A DNA stretch of 38,668 bases from Promethearchaeota archaeon (GTDB taxonomy: Archaea; Asgardarchaeota; Lokiarchaeia; Sigyniarchaeales; SOKP01). Positions 1-12,242 of the stretch are shown piece after piece. Each line of letters opens with the position of its first letter. Position 1 is the stretch's first letter. The stretch is taken from NCBI GenBank assembly GCA_016839745.1, contig JAEOTS010000092.1, forward strand, positions 1 to 38,668, written 5' to 3'. Under the pieces are notes generated by a model. It was not told the origin of the DNA. It saw only the letters and a program-made list of their open reading frames with translations, and did not search any database. Both the position numbers and the translations under genes were made by a program.

Positions 1-122
1 TTAAAAACAAATTAAAATATATAAATGTATTGATTGATTCAAGCAATTCTTTTAAATAAACTTAGAATTATACTAATCATCAATAAAATTTATTCAATTT
101 TCGTCGGCTACTTAAATTTAAG

Positions 123-950
123 GTGTGTGCTTTGATAAAAATTGGTTTGATTACTGATAAATATCACTTAGAAAAAAAATCAACCCAATTTTTAAAATAT
201 TGTAAGAATCTCGCAGACATATCAATCTACATTGAAGAAGATTATTTTTTAGATTTCTCAGATTATGACTTTGATGAAAATATATTTTTTGTGAAAGCCA
301 AAGGAGATTTAGTAATAAATCTGATTAAATTAATTGAACAAGAAACAGATATTCCAGTAATAAACTCGTCGAGGAGTATTTCACTCGCTTTTAATAGGTT
401 TTTAAACAGTGTCTTTTTGAGAAAAGCTGGTATCCCTGTTCCTGATTTTACTTTAAATCCCGTAGGAATCTCACCTCCTTACAAGGAATATATTATGAAG
501 AATATTATTGATCAAAAAAACTATGCTTTTAGTCCTCAAATTCTAAAAAAGGGAGGCTTCTTAAAGGTTAGCGATATGCGTGCTATTAATGAATCTAGTG
601 GCATAGAACCTAAATACAGTCATGTATATTTTCAAGATTTTGTTAAAAGTAAATGGGAGTATAAGGTGTATATCATTGGTGATGATATTTTTTACTTCAA
701 ACAAATACCAGTTTTGGTAAATCCCGATAAAATGAAATCTAGGGTGGAAATTGATAAAGATAAAGAATTAACCGAAATTGCTTACAAGGCTGCAGAAACA
801 ATTGGATTAAAAATAAGTTCGATGGACTTTCTAAGATCAAAAAAGGGTCTCTTTTATTTGACAGATATCAATTCTTCACCCAATTTTGAATACATTAAAA
901 ATGGTCCAAAAATAGTAGGAGATTATTTAATAAAACAAGCTAAGATTTGA
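123..950 (+). CDS. ATP-grasp fold protein (RimK/ITPK1-like)
   Basis: PVINS, 'LRKAGIPVP', 'YFQDFV..YKVYIIG', 'MDFL', 'TDINSSPNF' ATP-grasp motifs; GTG start at 123 (TTG at 132 alternative). Confidence 0.8.
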   Translation: MCALIKIGLITDKYHLEKKSTQFLKYCKNLADISIYIEEDYFLDFSDYDFDENIFFVKAKGDLVINLIKLIEQETDIPVINSSRSISLAFNRFLNSVFLRKAGIPVPDFTLNPVGISPPYKEYIMKNIIDQKNYAFSPQILKKGGFLKVSDMRAINESSGIEPKYSHVYFQDFVKSKWEYKVYIIGDDIFYFKQIPVLVNPDKMKSRVEIDKDKELTEIAYKAAETIGLKISSMDFLRSKKGLFYLTDINSSPNFEYIKNGPKIVGDYLIKQAKI

Positions 951-1747
951 GAACAAATAAAAATATGAAAATAGGTATTTTATCAAAAAGAACTGGAAAT
1001 TTCACTGGTAAGATGAAAAGTTATTTTAAGAGCAAAGGACATCAAGTGAGTATTTTTACAGCTACTAATTTAAGTATTAATGAATCGCTCTTGGAAAGAG
1101 ATTTTTATATATTAAAATCTAAACACATGCTTTATCTCTATGCGGGCTATTTTCTAGAAGCAAATAAAATTCCAGTTATCCCAGATACGAATCTCAGTTA
1201 TATACATAAGGATCGTATTGAATCGTACTTTGCTATAAAAAAAACCGGACTTTTAGTTCCCTTTGTATATATAGGGACTCCCAACACTTTAAAAACCCAA
1301 TTAAAAAGCTCGCATTTCCCTCTTATTTCTAAACCAATTTTTGGTTCTGGAAGTAAAGGAGTTAGAGTTTATAATACAATTAAAGATTTTGATACAATTA
1401 TAGAGGAACCTCTTTACTTAGAAAAATATATCGAGGGAACTCATTATTTAGCATATTTTATTGAGAATGATTTCTGTATTTGTGAAAAAAAGCCTTTATC
1501 AAATGAGCATGATGAAATGAAACTAATAGAATCTGATGATGAAATCGAGGATTATTTGAGAAAATGGAAAGGAAAATATAACCTCTTATTTGGCCATTTA
1601 GATATTGTAAGGGAAAATAAAACAAACCAATTATACGTGGTGGATGCAGGTACTTTTCCCGAATTTTCTAATTGGAAACATAAGATAGATCCTGTTTCGA
1701 AAATTACTGATTTAATATTAAAAAAATATCAAGAAATAAGGAAATAA
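947..1747 (+). CDS. ATP-grasp fold protein (RimK/ITPK1-like), second paralog
   Basis: 'PLISKPIFGSGSKGV', 'YLEKYIEG', 'LFGHLDIV', 'VVDAGTFPEF'; likely start is ATG at 965 (MKIGILS). Confidence 0.8.
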   Translation: MRTNKNMKIGILSKRTGNFTGKMKSYFKSKGHQVSIFTATNLSINESLLERDFYILKSKHMLYLYAGYFLEANKIPVIPDTNLSYIHKDRIESYFAIKKTGLLVPFVYIGTPNTLKTQLKSSHFPLISKPIFGSGSKGVRVYNTIKDFDTIIEEPLYLEKYIEGTHYLAYFIENDFCICEKKPLSNEHDEMKLIESDDEIEDYLRKWKGKYNLLFGHLDIVRENKTNQLYVVDAGTFPEFSNWKHKIDPVSKITDLILKKYQEIRK

Positions 1748-1779
1748 AGTAAATTTAATTTATTTGAAGTTAGTGATCA

Positions 1780-2907
1780 TTATTTACTTTCTTCTGACTC
1801 GTGGTCGTGCTCGTGATCATGCTCTTTATTATACTCTTCTACTTTTTGCATGACGGATTCTGCAGGTGTTTGTGGAATTGGCATTTTCTCGTAAATTTCT
1901 ATGAATTTAACATCTTCTATTTCGTCGCTCATGTGGGTTTGCAAATCCATTGCAAGACCAAATTTTAAATAGGTTAAGTTTTGGAACAAGAACATTTTAG
2001 GGATAGTAATTTCAAGAGTTTTATCCTTTGCATGATTTATTATAAACTCAGCAGAGTTTTCTTTAGGAATTCCTTTCGAAATCATGAAATATTCGATTTT
2101 TTCACTAAACTCGTCGATCTTATCAACAATTTCAAGGTTGTAATCTATTGATTGCCCTGCTAAGGGGTGATTGTAATCGATAATTACTTTCCCTTGTAAG
2201 ATATTAGTAATTACTCCTCTTTGACCTTTTTTGTTTGTAAAATCCTGGCCATATTCGGGATTCTTCCCATCGTTTAATTTTCTAAATTTTGCTATACCTA
2301 TTCTTTCGATTTTTTGAGGATCTCTTTTACCAAATGCCTTTGTAGAGGGAATCCTTACAGATTTTTTTTCAAAAAAGTTCATATCTTTTAATGTTTCGGT
2401 GAGTCCTTCGTTTAAAAAACCAGGTTTCCCCACAATAACAAATTCAGGTGTATAATACCCTTGTTTAGCCTTTTCTTCTTCATAAATCCCCGCTTTTTTC
2501 GCATCTTCCTCGGAAGAAACCCTAAATATTTTTCCTTTTTGGGTTCTCGCGGTCATTTTCAAGAGGACAAAATCGCCTTCTTCGATTTTTTTTCCAGCCA
2601 ATTTCTTCTTCTTTTCTTCTAATTCCTCGGCTTCTTCTGGTTTTCTTTTTTCTTCATCTTCGACTTCAGAAGATTCATCAACCTCACCTTGACTCCCTTC
2701 TGAAATTTTGTCTCCTGAAATGCCCAATAAATCTTTAGCATTACTTACGAACTTTTCAGCAGTAGCCTTTCCAATACCTTTAAGTTGTGTTAATTCATCT
2801 ACATTCGCATTTGCTAATTTCTCAACAGAATCAATCCCAGCTTCTATTAAAACTTCTTGCTTTTTGCCAAGTCCTTTTACTTCTTCTAAATTCATTGTTA
2901 ACACCAT
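1780..2907 (-). CDS. Long-type archaeal FKBP peptidyl-prolyl isomerase (SlyD-like) with N-terminal helix-hairpin-helix domain and His-rich tail
   Basis: 'IDYNHPLAGQSIDYNLEIV', 'AFGKRDP' FKBP/SlyD motifs; N-terminal 'VKGLGKK' and 'LKGIGKATA' HhH motifs; C-terminal EHDHEHDHE. Confidence 0.9.
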   Translation of the reverse strand: MVLTMNLEEVKGLGKKQEVLIEAGIDSVEKLANANVDELTQLKGIGKATAEKFVSNAKDLLGISGDKISEGSQGEVDESSEVEDEEKRKPEEAEELEEKKKKLAGKKIEEGDFVLLKMTARTQKGKIFRVSSEEDAKKAGIYEEEKAKQGYYTPEFVIVGKPGFLNEGLTETLKDMNFFEKKSVRIPSTKAFGKRDPQKIERIGIAKFRKLNDGKNPEYGQDFTNKKGQRGVITNILQGKVIIDYNHPLAGQSIDYNLEIVDKIDEFSEKIEYFMISKGIPKENSAEFIINHAKDKTLEITIPKMFLFQNLTYLKFGLAMDLQTHMSDEIEDVKFIEIYEKMPIPQTPAESVMQKVEEYNKEHDHEHDHESEESK

Positions 2908-2977
2908 AAAATTATGTTAGTTAAGTGTAAGTTACTATGATTTGGGAATTATTCATTACTTATTATTTTTTCTAAAT

Positions 2978-4090
2978 TTAGGAGACTGGCTCGTACAAAA
3001 TTCCTAAATCGTCAGCATAATTCTTTACTTCATGTATTTCTTCCATTGAGGGTCTTCTGTTTATTTCTTTATATTTATGAGCAAAATATTCAGGATGGTA
3101 CTGCTGCATTATATTCATAACCGCTTTTGGAAGTTCTTTAGCAACATAGTCTAATATTGGTTTAGAACAACATTCAATGTGATTAGGCATAATTAAATGC
3201 CGTATTATTATTTCTCCACTTCCCTCATCATGGACTCTTTTATGATTTCTGGCAATAACATCAAAATATTTGTCAATTCCAGAGTATTTTTTTCCACATT
3301 CATTATTTCCATACTTGAAATCAGGTAACCAGAAATCCATAAAATCTATTATAAGAGATAAGGATTTATCTGTTAGATAGAAGTTTGAATTCCAAAGTTG
3401 AGTAATATTCGATGTTTGATATTGTAAGCTACCAACAATAGTGTGAATGTTTGGAATAGGATCCCCTCCTACATAGTTAATATTAATAGCACCTTTCTCG
3501 ACTAATCTATTTGCAAGAGCTGCTAATTGTTTTACATCAACTTTTTGAGCAATATCCTCGATTTTTCGTCGTTCCTTCCACTTTTGAGAAATATCGTAGT
3601 TTTGGCAAAAAACACATCCAAAATTGCATCCTTGGAAAAAGATGGTACCACTTGGGATTAATGGTGCTTCCTCTCCTGTATGGAGAAAAGCAGAAGAAAT
3701 ATACGAGTCTTTAGATATAAGGCAAAAACCCTTTTCACCATCAATTCGATTAACCGAGCATTGCCTCTCGCAAAAAATACAATCTTCGAGGTATCTAATT
3801 GCTATTTCTTCAGCCAAATCGATATAGTTTTTTGAAGCAATATTTCTTTTTTTAATGTCTTGAATAGGATTTTTAAGCAACTCATTAAATTCTAATGATT
3901 TCTCTTCTAGCAATTTTTCTAGGTCTTCAATAGTATCATTTGAATTGAATTCACAACTTAAGCTTTTAGCGACAATATATCTCGCAACTTCCTTATCATC
4001 AATAATACCGCGATACCTTAGAAATCGTCTGCGAAGCTCTTTATTGTTCCAAACCAAAGCTGAGTCTGTTCGAAGAATTCTAAAAACCAT
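2978..4090 (-). CDS. pflX: PflX-like radical SAM protein
   Basis: CxxxCxxC 'CNFGCVFCQN', N-terminal 'CIFCERQCSVNR', 'HTGEEAPLIPSGTIFF', 'PDFKYGN', 'IIRHLIMPNH'. Confidence 0.85.
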   Translation of the reverse strand: MVFRILRTDSALVWNNKELRRRFLRYRGIIDDKEVARYIVAKSLSCEFNSNDTIEDLEKLLEEKSLEFNELLKNPIQDIKKRNIASKNYIDLAEEIAIRYLEDCIFCERQCSVNRIDGEKGFCLISKDSYISSAFLHTGEEAPLIPSGTIFFQGCNFGCVFCQNYDISQKWKERRKIEDIAQKVDVKQLAALANRLVEKGAININYVGGDPIPNIHTIVGSLQYQTSNITQLWNSNFYLTDKSLSLIIDFMDFWLPDFKYGNNECGKKYSGIDKYFDVIARNHKRVHDEGSGEIIIRHLIMPNHIECCSKPILDYVAKELPKAVMNIMQQYHPEYFAHKYKEINRRPSMEEIHEVKNYADDLGILYEPVS

Positions 4091-4182
4091 GATTAATATA
4101 TATTCTTTAGTTTTTATAATGGTTTTCGGTATGAGTAAATCTTAATTATGCTTAATATTCTGTTTAAAAAGGAGAAAAAGAG

Positions 4183-4911
4183 TTAGGTTTCAAAACTAAG
4201 CCATTTAATAATATTGGTAAGAAAACTAATATTATCTCCAGCGTCTAATCCAAAATCATCTTCAATCAGCCAATCTGATGAACCAATAGTGACACATCTT
4301 CCGCTGAAAAATTCACTTACGACACAAACAGGAACAGTTCCAATTCCTCCTATATCGTTGTCAATAAAATATTTAAACTCCGCTTTTTCTGAAGTAACAA
4401 TAATATCTTCAACATCTTCCTCCGTAATAGTAAGAAATGTACAGTTAGGTAGAACTACTTCCGTAATCCCTTCAGTTATTGGGTGGTTAAATAACTCGGT
4501 TACAAGAACATTTTGTTTATTAACTAAAAAATGCGATGGGGATTCTTGAATTAACCCATTCCAAAATCTTTTAACCCCCGTCATTTTATATAACACTCTA
4601 ATAGAACCCATCTTCATTGGAACATCTCTGTCGCCTCCTTCACCAGTAGTTAGGAAAAGTCCTCCACCTTCTCCAACATAACGTTTAATTGCGAGTAGTT
4701 CGTCTTTAGTAAATTTGTCTTCCTTACCATCTTTGGTTTGTTGAACATTACCAATAAAAAGAATATCGTAGTCTTCAAGTAAATCGTAATCTATCGGCCC
4801 TTCATTCTTATCAATGTATTCAACTTCTAAATCGTCATCCCCTAAGGTAAAATCCGGAAATTCCTCGATGGATTCTTTGTGCGAAAGGTCCACAATTATG
4901 TTGTAGGTCAT
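4183..4911 (-). CDS. Soluble GIFT-domain (GldG/IFT52/DUF4350-like, class I glutamine-amidotransferase-like fold) protein
   Basis: 'IIVDLSHKE', 'KFTKDELLAIKRYVGEGGGLFLTTGEGGD', 'HPITEGI', 'GRCVTIGSS', 'DNISFLTNIIKWL'. Confidence 0.7.
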   Translation of the reverse strand: MTYNIIVDLSHKESIEEFPDFTLGDDDLEVEYIDKNEGPIDYDLLEDYDILFIGNVQQTKDGKEDKFTKDELLAIKRYVGEGGGLFLTTGEGGDRDVPMKMGSIRVLYKMTGVKRFWNGLIQESPSHFLVNKQNVLVTELFNHPITEGITEVVLPNCTFLTITEEDVEDIIVTSEKAEFKYFIDNDIGGIGTVPVCVVSEFFSGRCVTIGSSDWLIEDDFGLDAGDNISFLTNIIKWLSFET

Positions 4912-5138
4912 TTTGATGCGACTCCAAGTTCCATTATAAATTTATTTTTTGCAACGAGTAAAAGTTTATTCTAAGTTGTTTAAAGTGTTAATTCTACTAT
5001 CTAAAATAATATAATTTTTATTTTTAAAGATATGGTATTATTATTAAAGGTTTCTAAATCGTAATAGAACTAACGCAAAGTTTAAATATTTAGAGGAGAA
5101 TATATAAAGGATTGAGTAGAGTAAAAAGAGAAGATTAT

Positions 5139-5837
5139 TTATTCCTTTATGGAAATGAATTCCTTTTCTGCTGGACCTTCTTTTTTAACAACAGCAATAT
5201 CTATTCCATTCCCACTCGCCATGTCTCGAATTATGGATGAGGTAATAGCTTTAATAATAATCTCTTTTCCTTCTTTAATTGTTAAATTATCTTTATATTT
5301 AGCTTCAAGAACACCATATGAAAAATTTTGACCACTACCAACCGCACAAAACTTTTCTGGTAAAATTGAACCATAGGCTCCAATGTCCAAAAGAACAGGT
5401 CCTTCTTCTTCTGACACTCCTCCAAGTATGAGACCCACCTGAAATGGATACATTTTATTCTGGAATAGAATGTTAGATAACAATTTTCCAGCGCTTTCTA
5501 TTTTGATGGGTTTTTCTTCTTTCAATTGATATAACGCAGTTTCAGCTCGTAAAACATCAACTAAATACATAGCGTCAGCGACACCACCAGCTATCGTCAT
5601 GTACAAATGCTCTTGGATTCGATGCAGTTTTTCAGCTACTTTGCTAGCAACAAAATAACTCATGGACGCTCGTTTATCAGTTCCTAAGATAACTGCGTCT
5701 TTACATATTAATCCAACTGTAGTAGTGCCCGTTTTTAAAGTGCGAGCTTCCTTTATCTGAGAATTATCGTCATTCATAAATCTAGATTCTCGCAAAAAAA
5801 CAGATTCTGAAGGTTTTACTAAATCTTCTTTTCTCAT
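5139..5837 (-). CDS. psmB: Proteasome subunit beta
   Basis: 'KTG|TTTVG' processing site with catalytic Thr, 'DKRAS', 'AGGVADA', 'GSG', 'RDMASG'. Confidence 0.97.
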   Translation of the reverse strand: MRKEDLVKPSESVFLRESRFMNDDNSQIKEARTLKTGTTTVGLICKDAVILGTDKRASMSYFVASKVAEKLHRIQEHLYMTIAGGVADAMYLVDVLRAETALYQLKEEKPIKIESAGKLLSNILFQNKMYPFQVGLILGGVSEEEGPVLLDIGAYGSILPEKFCAVGSGQNFSYGVLEAKYKDNLTIKEGKEIIIKAITSSIIRDMASGNGIDIAVVKKEGPAEKEFISIKE

Positions 5838-5883
5838 AATTTCATTAAAAGTCTCTTATCTTAATAATTTTTTTTTTAATTTT

Positions 5884-6228
5884 TTATAAATTAAAATTTC
5901 CCTTAATATTTACAATAGAATCAATATCCCATAAATATTTTTTAAGATCGACCTTATTATTATCGACAAATTTAATACCTTCTTTCTCAAGCAAAATTTT
6001 TTGATAATCTTTACCATCTTCAGATTTCAAGGCAATTTTTCCTTTTGAATTAATGACGCGATGCCAAGGTAAATTATATTTCTTTGTTGAAGAATGTAAC
6101 AACCAAGAAACTTGTCTGGCAGCTCTTGGATTTCCAGCTAATTTTGCAATTTTGCCATAAGTGAGTACTTTTCCAACTGGAATATTTTGTATTATTTTAA
6201 TTACATCTTGAGTAAATTCGCTTGGCAT
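5884..6228 (-). CDS. Alkyltransferase-like protein (ATL, MGMT family, non-catalytic)
   Basis: 'IPVGKVLTYGKIA', 'ARQV', PWHRV (Trp in place of the catalytic Cys), 'LEKEGI'. Confidence 0.9.
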   Translation of the reverse strand: MPSEFTQDVIKIIQNIPVGKVLTYGKIAKLAGNPRAARQVSWLLHSSTKKYNLPWHRVINSKGKIALKSEDGKDYQKILLEKEGIKFVDNNKVDLKKYLWDIDSIVNIKGNFNL

Positions 6229-6246
6229 AATTAGTCACCCTATTAT

Positions 6247-7725
6247 TTATAGCAGCTTTATTTTTTCGAATTCATCTCTTTTTTGAACAAATTTAATAAG
6301 TTCTTCTCGATCCGATCGTTTAGTTCTTTTAATATAAGTATTTAATCTTTCACTTGTATGAAAAGGTCCTCCTTCTTCTATTACGGTCCACATTGGGTCT
6401 TTAGGAAAGGGAGAAGTTTTCATCATCTGTACATACCATTCATCCAGAAATTGTAAACCTTTTCCTACAATATCTGGCCTCTTCCCTACAAGATTATTGG
6501 TCATATGGAAATCTTTTTCAAAATCGTAGAGCATGATTTTTGGATAATTTCTTAACCCAGGATGATATGTTCGAATTAAAGTCCAATTTCCAAACCTTAC
6601 AGCACGCTGACAAGTCCAAGCATTTTGGCTAATTACGAGATATTTTCTTCCAAATTCCTCTCCATTTTCAATCTCTTTATATATACTCTTCCCGTCCCAA
6701 AACTCAGGAACTTCTTTCCTTACCCCCTCAATTATAGTAGCAGCAATATCTGAAGCATAAAGAAGAGAATTATACTGTTTCTTCCATTTTTTCTTCGGCC
6801 ATTTTACTATCATCGGTATTCGATTAACAATATGACAAGCTGTTGCGTGATCTCCGAAGACTTGCAATTCTCCCTGATTCTCACCGTGATCTGAACTTAT
6901 AATTATAAGAGTATCGTCATAGATCCCTAAACATTTGATTTGTTCTATGATTTTACCTACAGCATCGTCAGCATATCTTATTTCAACATCATATCCATTT
7001 ATCCATGAGGTGAAGTCATCAAGGTTTTCTATTTTGGGGATATTTTGTATTCTTTTAAAGAACTGAGTAAGTTTCAATTTATCAAAGTCCCCAGTATCGC
7101 GTATTGAGTCTGGAACATCACTATTTCTAATTTCCTTAATAATTTTTTCTGTTATCCAGGAGGGAGGAGGATCATTTTCAAAGGAAGGTTCGTACGACAA
7201 ATGGGTCCTGTAAGGCGTGTGCGGATCCCAAAAATTTATATGTAAAAACCAATTATCTTTCTCACCGTTGCCTTCCAGCCATTTCTTTGCGTAGGGTAAT
7301 ATATCATCAGCTATTTCAAGACCTTCCTTACCGGGATTGTACATTTCATTCCATCCCGAACAAAACCAAAATGCTGAATGTCTTTCTGCAAAAGGTGAGA
7401 TTGATACAGTGTAATATTTTGCTCTTCTAAGGATTCCAATCCAATTATTCTTCAGGTATTTATCATCAAATCCTCGCTCTCTCCCAGTTAATCGCATATC
7501 TGCCGTAGTACCACCGTGACCTACTATTCCCGTGTGGATCCCAAATCTTCCAGTAAAAAGGGAAGCTCTAGAGGGTAAACAAGGAGCATCTGAAGCGTAA
7601 CAATTTGTAAATATTGATCCTTCTTCTGCAATTTTATCAATGTTCGGCGAAGTGTTGCGATGATACCCGTAACATCCTAGATGGTCAGCTCTAAGAGTAT
7701 CGATATCAAAATAAATTATTCTCAT
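6247..7725 (-). CDS. Formylglycine-dependent sulfatase (S1, Cys-type)
   Basis: 'DTLRADHLGCYGY', CxPxR 'CLPSRASLFTG', 'DPHTPY', 'SSDHGE'; no signal peptide. Confidence 0.93.
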   Translation of the reverse strand: MRIIYFDIDTLRADHLGCYGYHRNTSPNIDKIAEEGSIFTNCYASDAPCLPSRASLFTGRFGIHTGIVGHGGTTADMRLTGRERGFDDKYLKNNWIGILRRAKYYTVSISPFAERHSAFWFCSGWNEMYNPGKEGLEIADDILPYAKKWLEGNGEKDNWFLHINFWDPHTPYRTHLSYEPSFENDPPPSWITEKIIKEIRNSDVPDSIRDTGDFDKLKLTQFFKRIQNIPKIENLDDFTSWINGYDVEIRYADDAVGKIIEQIKCLGIYDDTLIIISSDHGENQGELQVFGDHATACHIVNRIPMIVKWPKKKWKKQYNSLLYASDIAATIIEGVRKEVPEFWDGKSIYKEIENGEEFGRKYLVISQNAWTCQRAVRFGNWTLIRTYHPGLRNYPKIMLYDFEKDFHMTNNLVGKRPDIVGKGLQFLDEWYVQMMKTSPFPKDPMWTVIEEGGPFHTSERLNTYIKRTKRSDREELIKFVQKRDEFEKIKLL

Positions 7726-7832
7726 AATTCATATTATTTTCTCTTTATTAAATAATCTTAATTAAAAAATTGTGAAATATTAACGTTCTCTTACATCCTC
7801 ACTGAGAAATAATAGAAGATAATTTTAACTAG

Positions 7833-11012
<3,180 letters not shown>

Positions 11013-11024
11013 AAAAAATACTTT

Positions 11025-12161
11025 CTAATTTATGTAATTTTTTATTTCTTTAGGTTTTCCACCATCACGAGCAGAGCGAGAGGCTTGAATCCCCGAAAGA
11101 CAGAAATTAGCTGCTACACTCGCGTGTAGAGAAGGATTTTTTCTATTTTTTATTGCTGTAAACCAATCATCTAAAATTCGAATATCTCCACCGTAATAAA
11201 GTCCTTCAATTTGAGGAATTTTATTAGTTAGAATCTTTTGATCAATTATTTGAGTTTTTCCCTTCCTATGTTGGATTTTATTAATTTTATGTCCATCAGC
11301 TATAAACAACCGTCCAGGTTTATCAGCTTGATAACATTCATATGAACCAATACGACCTACTACTTGAATTGAAATTCTAGAAGGTTCTCGAGCAAAAATA
11401 TAAGCGTTAGCACACTTGGCGATAGCTGTAGTTTCTGTTCGAAATAGCGCAACTTGGAAAGCCTTTGCAGGTTTGCATATCGGATCCCCTTGATACCCTC
11501 CAATATCGTTAGCAAAGCTCGTAACTTCAATAAAGGGCATTGGATTTTTCAGTCCACCAAGTGCAACTTGAGCAGGACCAATCGAATGAGCATACATCAT
11601 TGGATCAAACAATTGATACCATGAATCGACACGAGGTGTGTCAACATCTCCAAAACCCTTGTCTCTCCATCGATAGGTAACATCGTGAAGATATTCCGAT
11701 TCAGCATAAACGGGTTCACCAAGTTTACCCGTCGATACAAGGTGAGCAGCATATAATACCTCAGGAATAAAGCAATAATTTTCTCCAAGTTGATATGTTT
11801 TACCGGATATGTCTTCAGCGTTAATAATCCGATTAATATCTTCCTCGCGAATAGCCATTGGTATTTCTGAAAAAACATGTAGATCAGACTCTAATGCAGT
11901 AACGGCTTGATCCGCATGATACTGAGGTGGACTAGTTATAATAATTGCGTCAAGATCTTTAGTATCTAATAGGTCCTCATATGATTCTGCTGTTTTAATT
12001 CCTTTCCTCTTTTTAAGCATTTCTTTAACATCTGGATTTGGATCAAAACCAGCAATTAATTTTGATCTCCCCTTTAGTAATGGATGGTTGTCTATTTCAG
12101 CTATAAGGCCAATTGAGTGAAGCCCAAAACCTACGATCCCAATATTTATGAGATTCCCCAT
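11025..12161 (-). CDS. Gfo/Idh/MocA family NAD-dependent oxidoreductase (GH109-like features)
   Basis: Rossmann 'IGIVGFG', 'ITSPPQYH', 'SEIP', 'ENYCF', 'YLHD', 'HSIGP'. Confidence 0.85.
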   Translation of the reverse strand: MGNLINIGIVGFGLHSIGLIAEIDNHPLLKGRSKLIAGFDPNPDVKEMLKKRKGIKTAESYEDLLDTKDLDAIIITSPPQYHADQAVTALESDLHVFSEIPMAIREEDINRIINAEDISGKTYQLGENYCFIPEVLYAAHLVSTGKLGEPVYAESEYLHDVTYRWRDKGFGDVDTPRVDSWYQLFDPMMYAHSIGPAQVALGGLKNPMPFIEVTSFANDIGGYQGDPICKPAKAFQVALFRTETTAIAKCANAYIFAREPSRISIQVVGRIGSYECYQADKPGRLFIADGHKINKIQHRKGKTQIIDQKILTNKIPQIEGLYYGGDIRILDDWFTAIKNRKNPSLHASVAANFCLSGIQASRSARDGGKPKEIKNYIN

Positions 12162-12242
12162 AATTCTTGTTAATACATAAAAATATTAATAGTTAAGCAT
12201 AACTGACAAAAATGTAGATTACAGTTTCAGTGAGTTTAATTT

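Noticed and set aside
123-1747. ATP-grasp RiPP (graspetide) cluster
   Set aside because: No precursor peptide, transporter or peptidase is adjacent within the window; sequence upstream of position 1 is not visible
2978-4090. Radical SAM as the sulfatase-maturating enzyme for the nearby sulfatase
   Set aside because: Motifs are PflX-type and it lacks the C-terminal SPASM cysteines of anSME
12207-12215. CAAAAATGT half-site matching the 20776-20802 inverted repeat, in the Gfo/GH4 intergenic region
   Set aside because: A single AT-rich 9-mer is expected by chance in a window of this size and composition; no partner half-site
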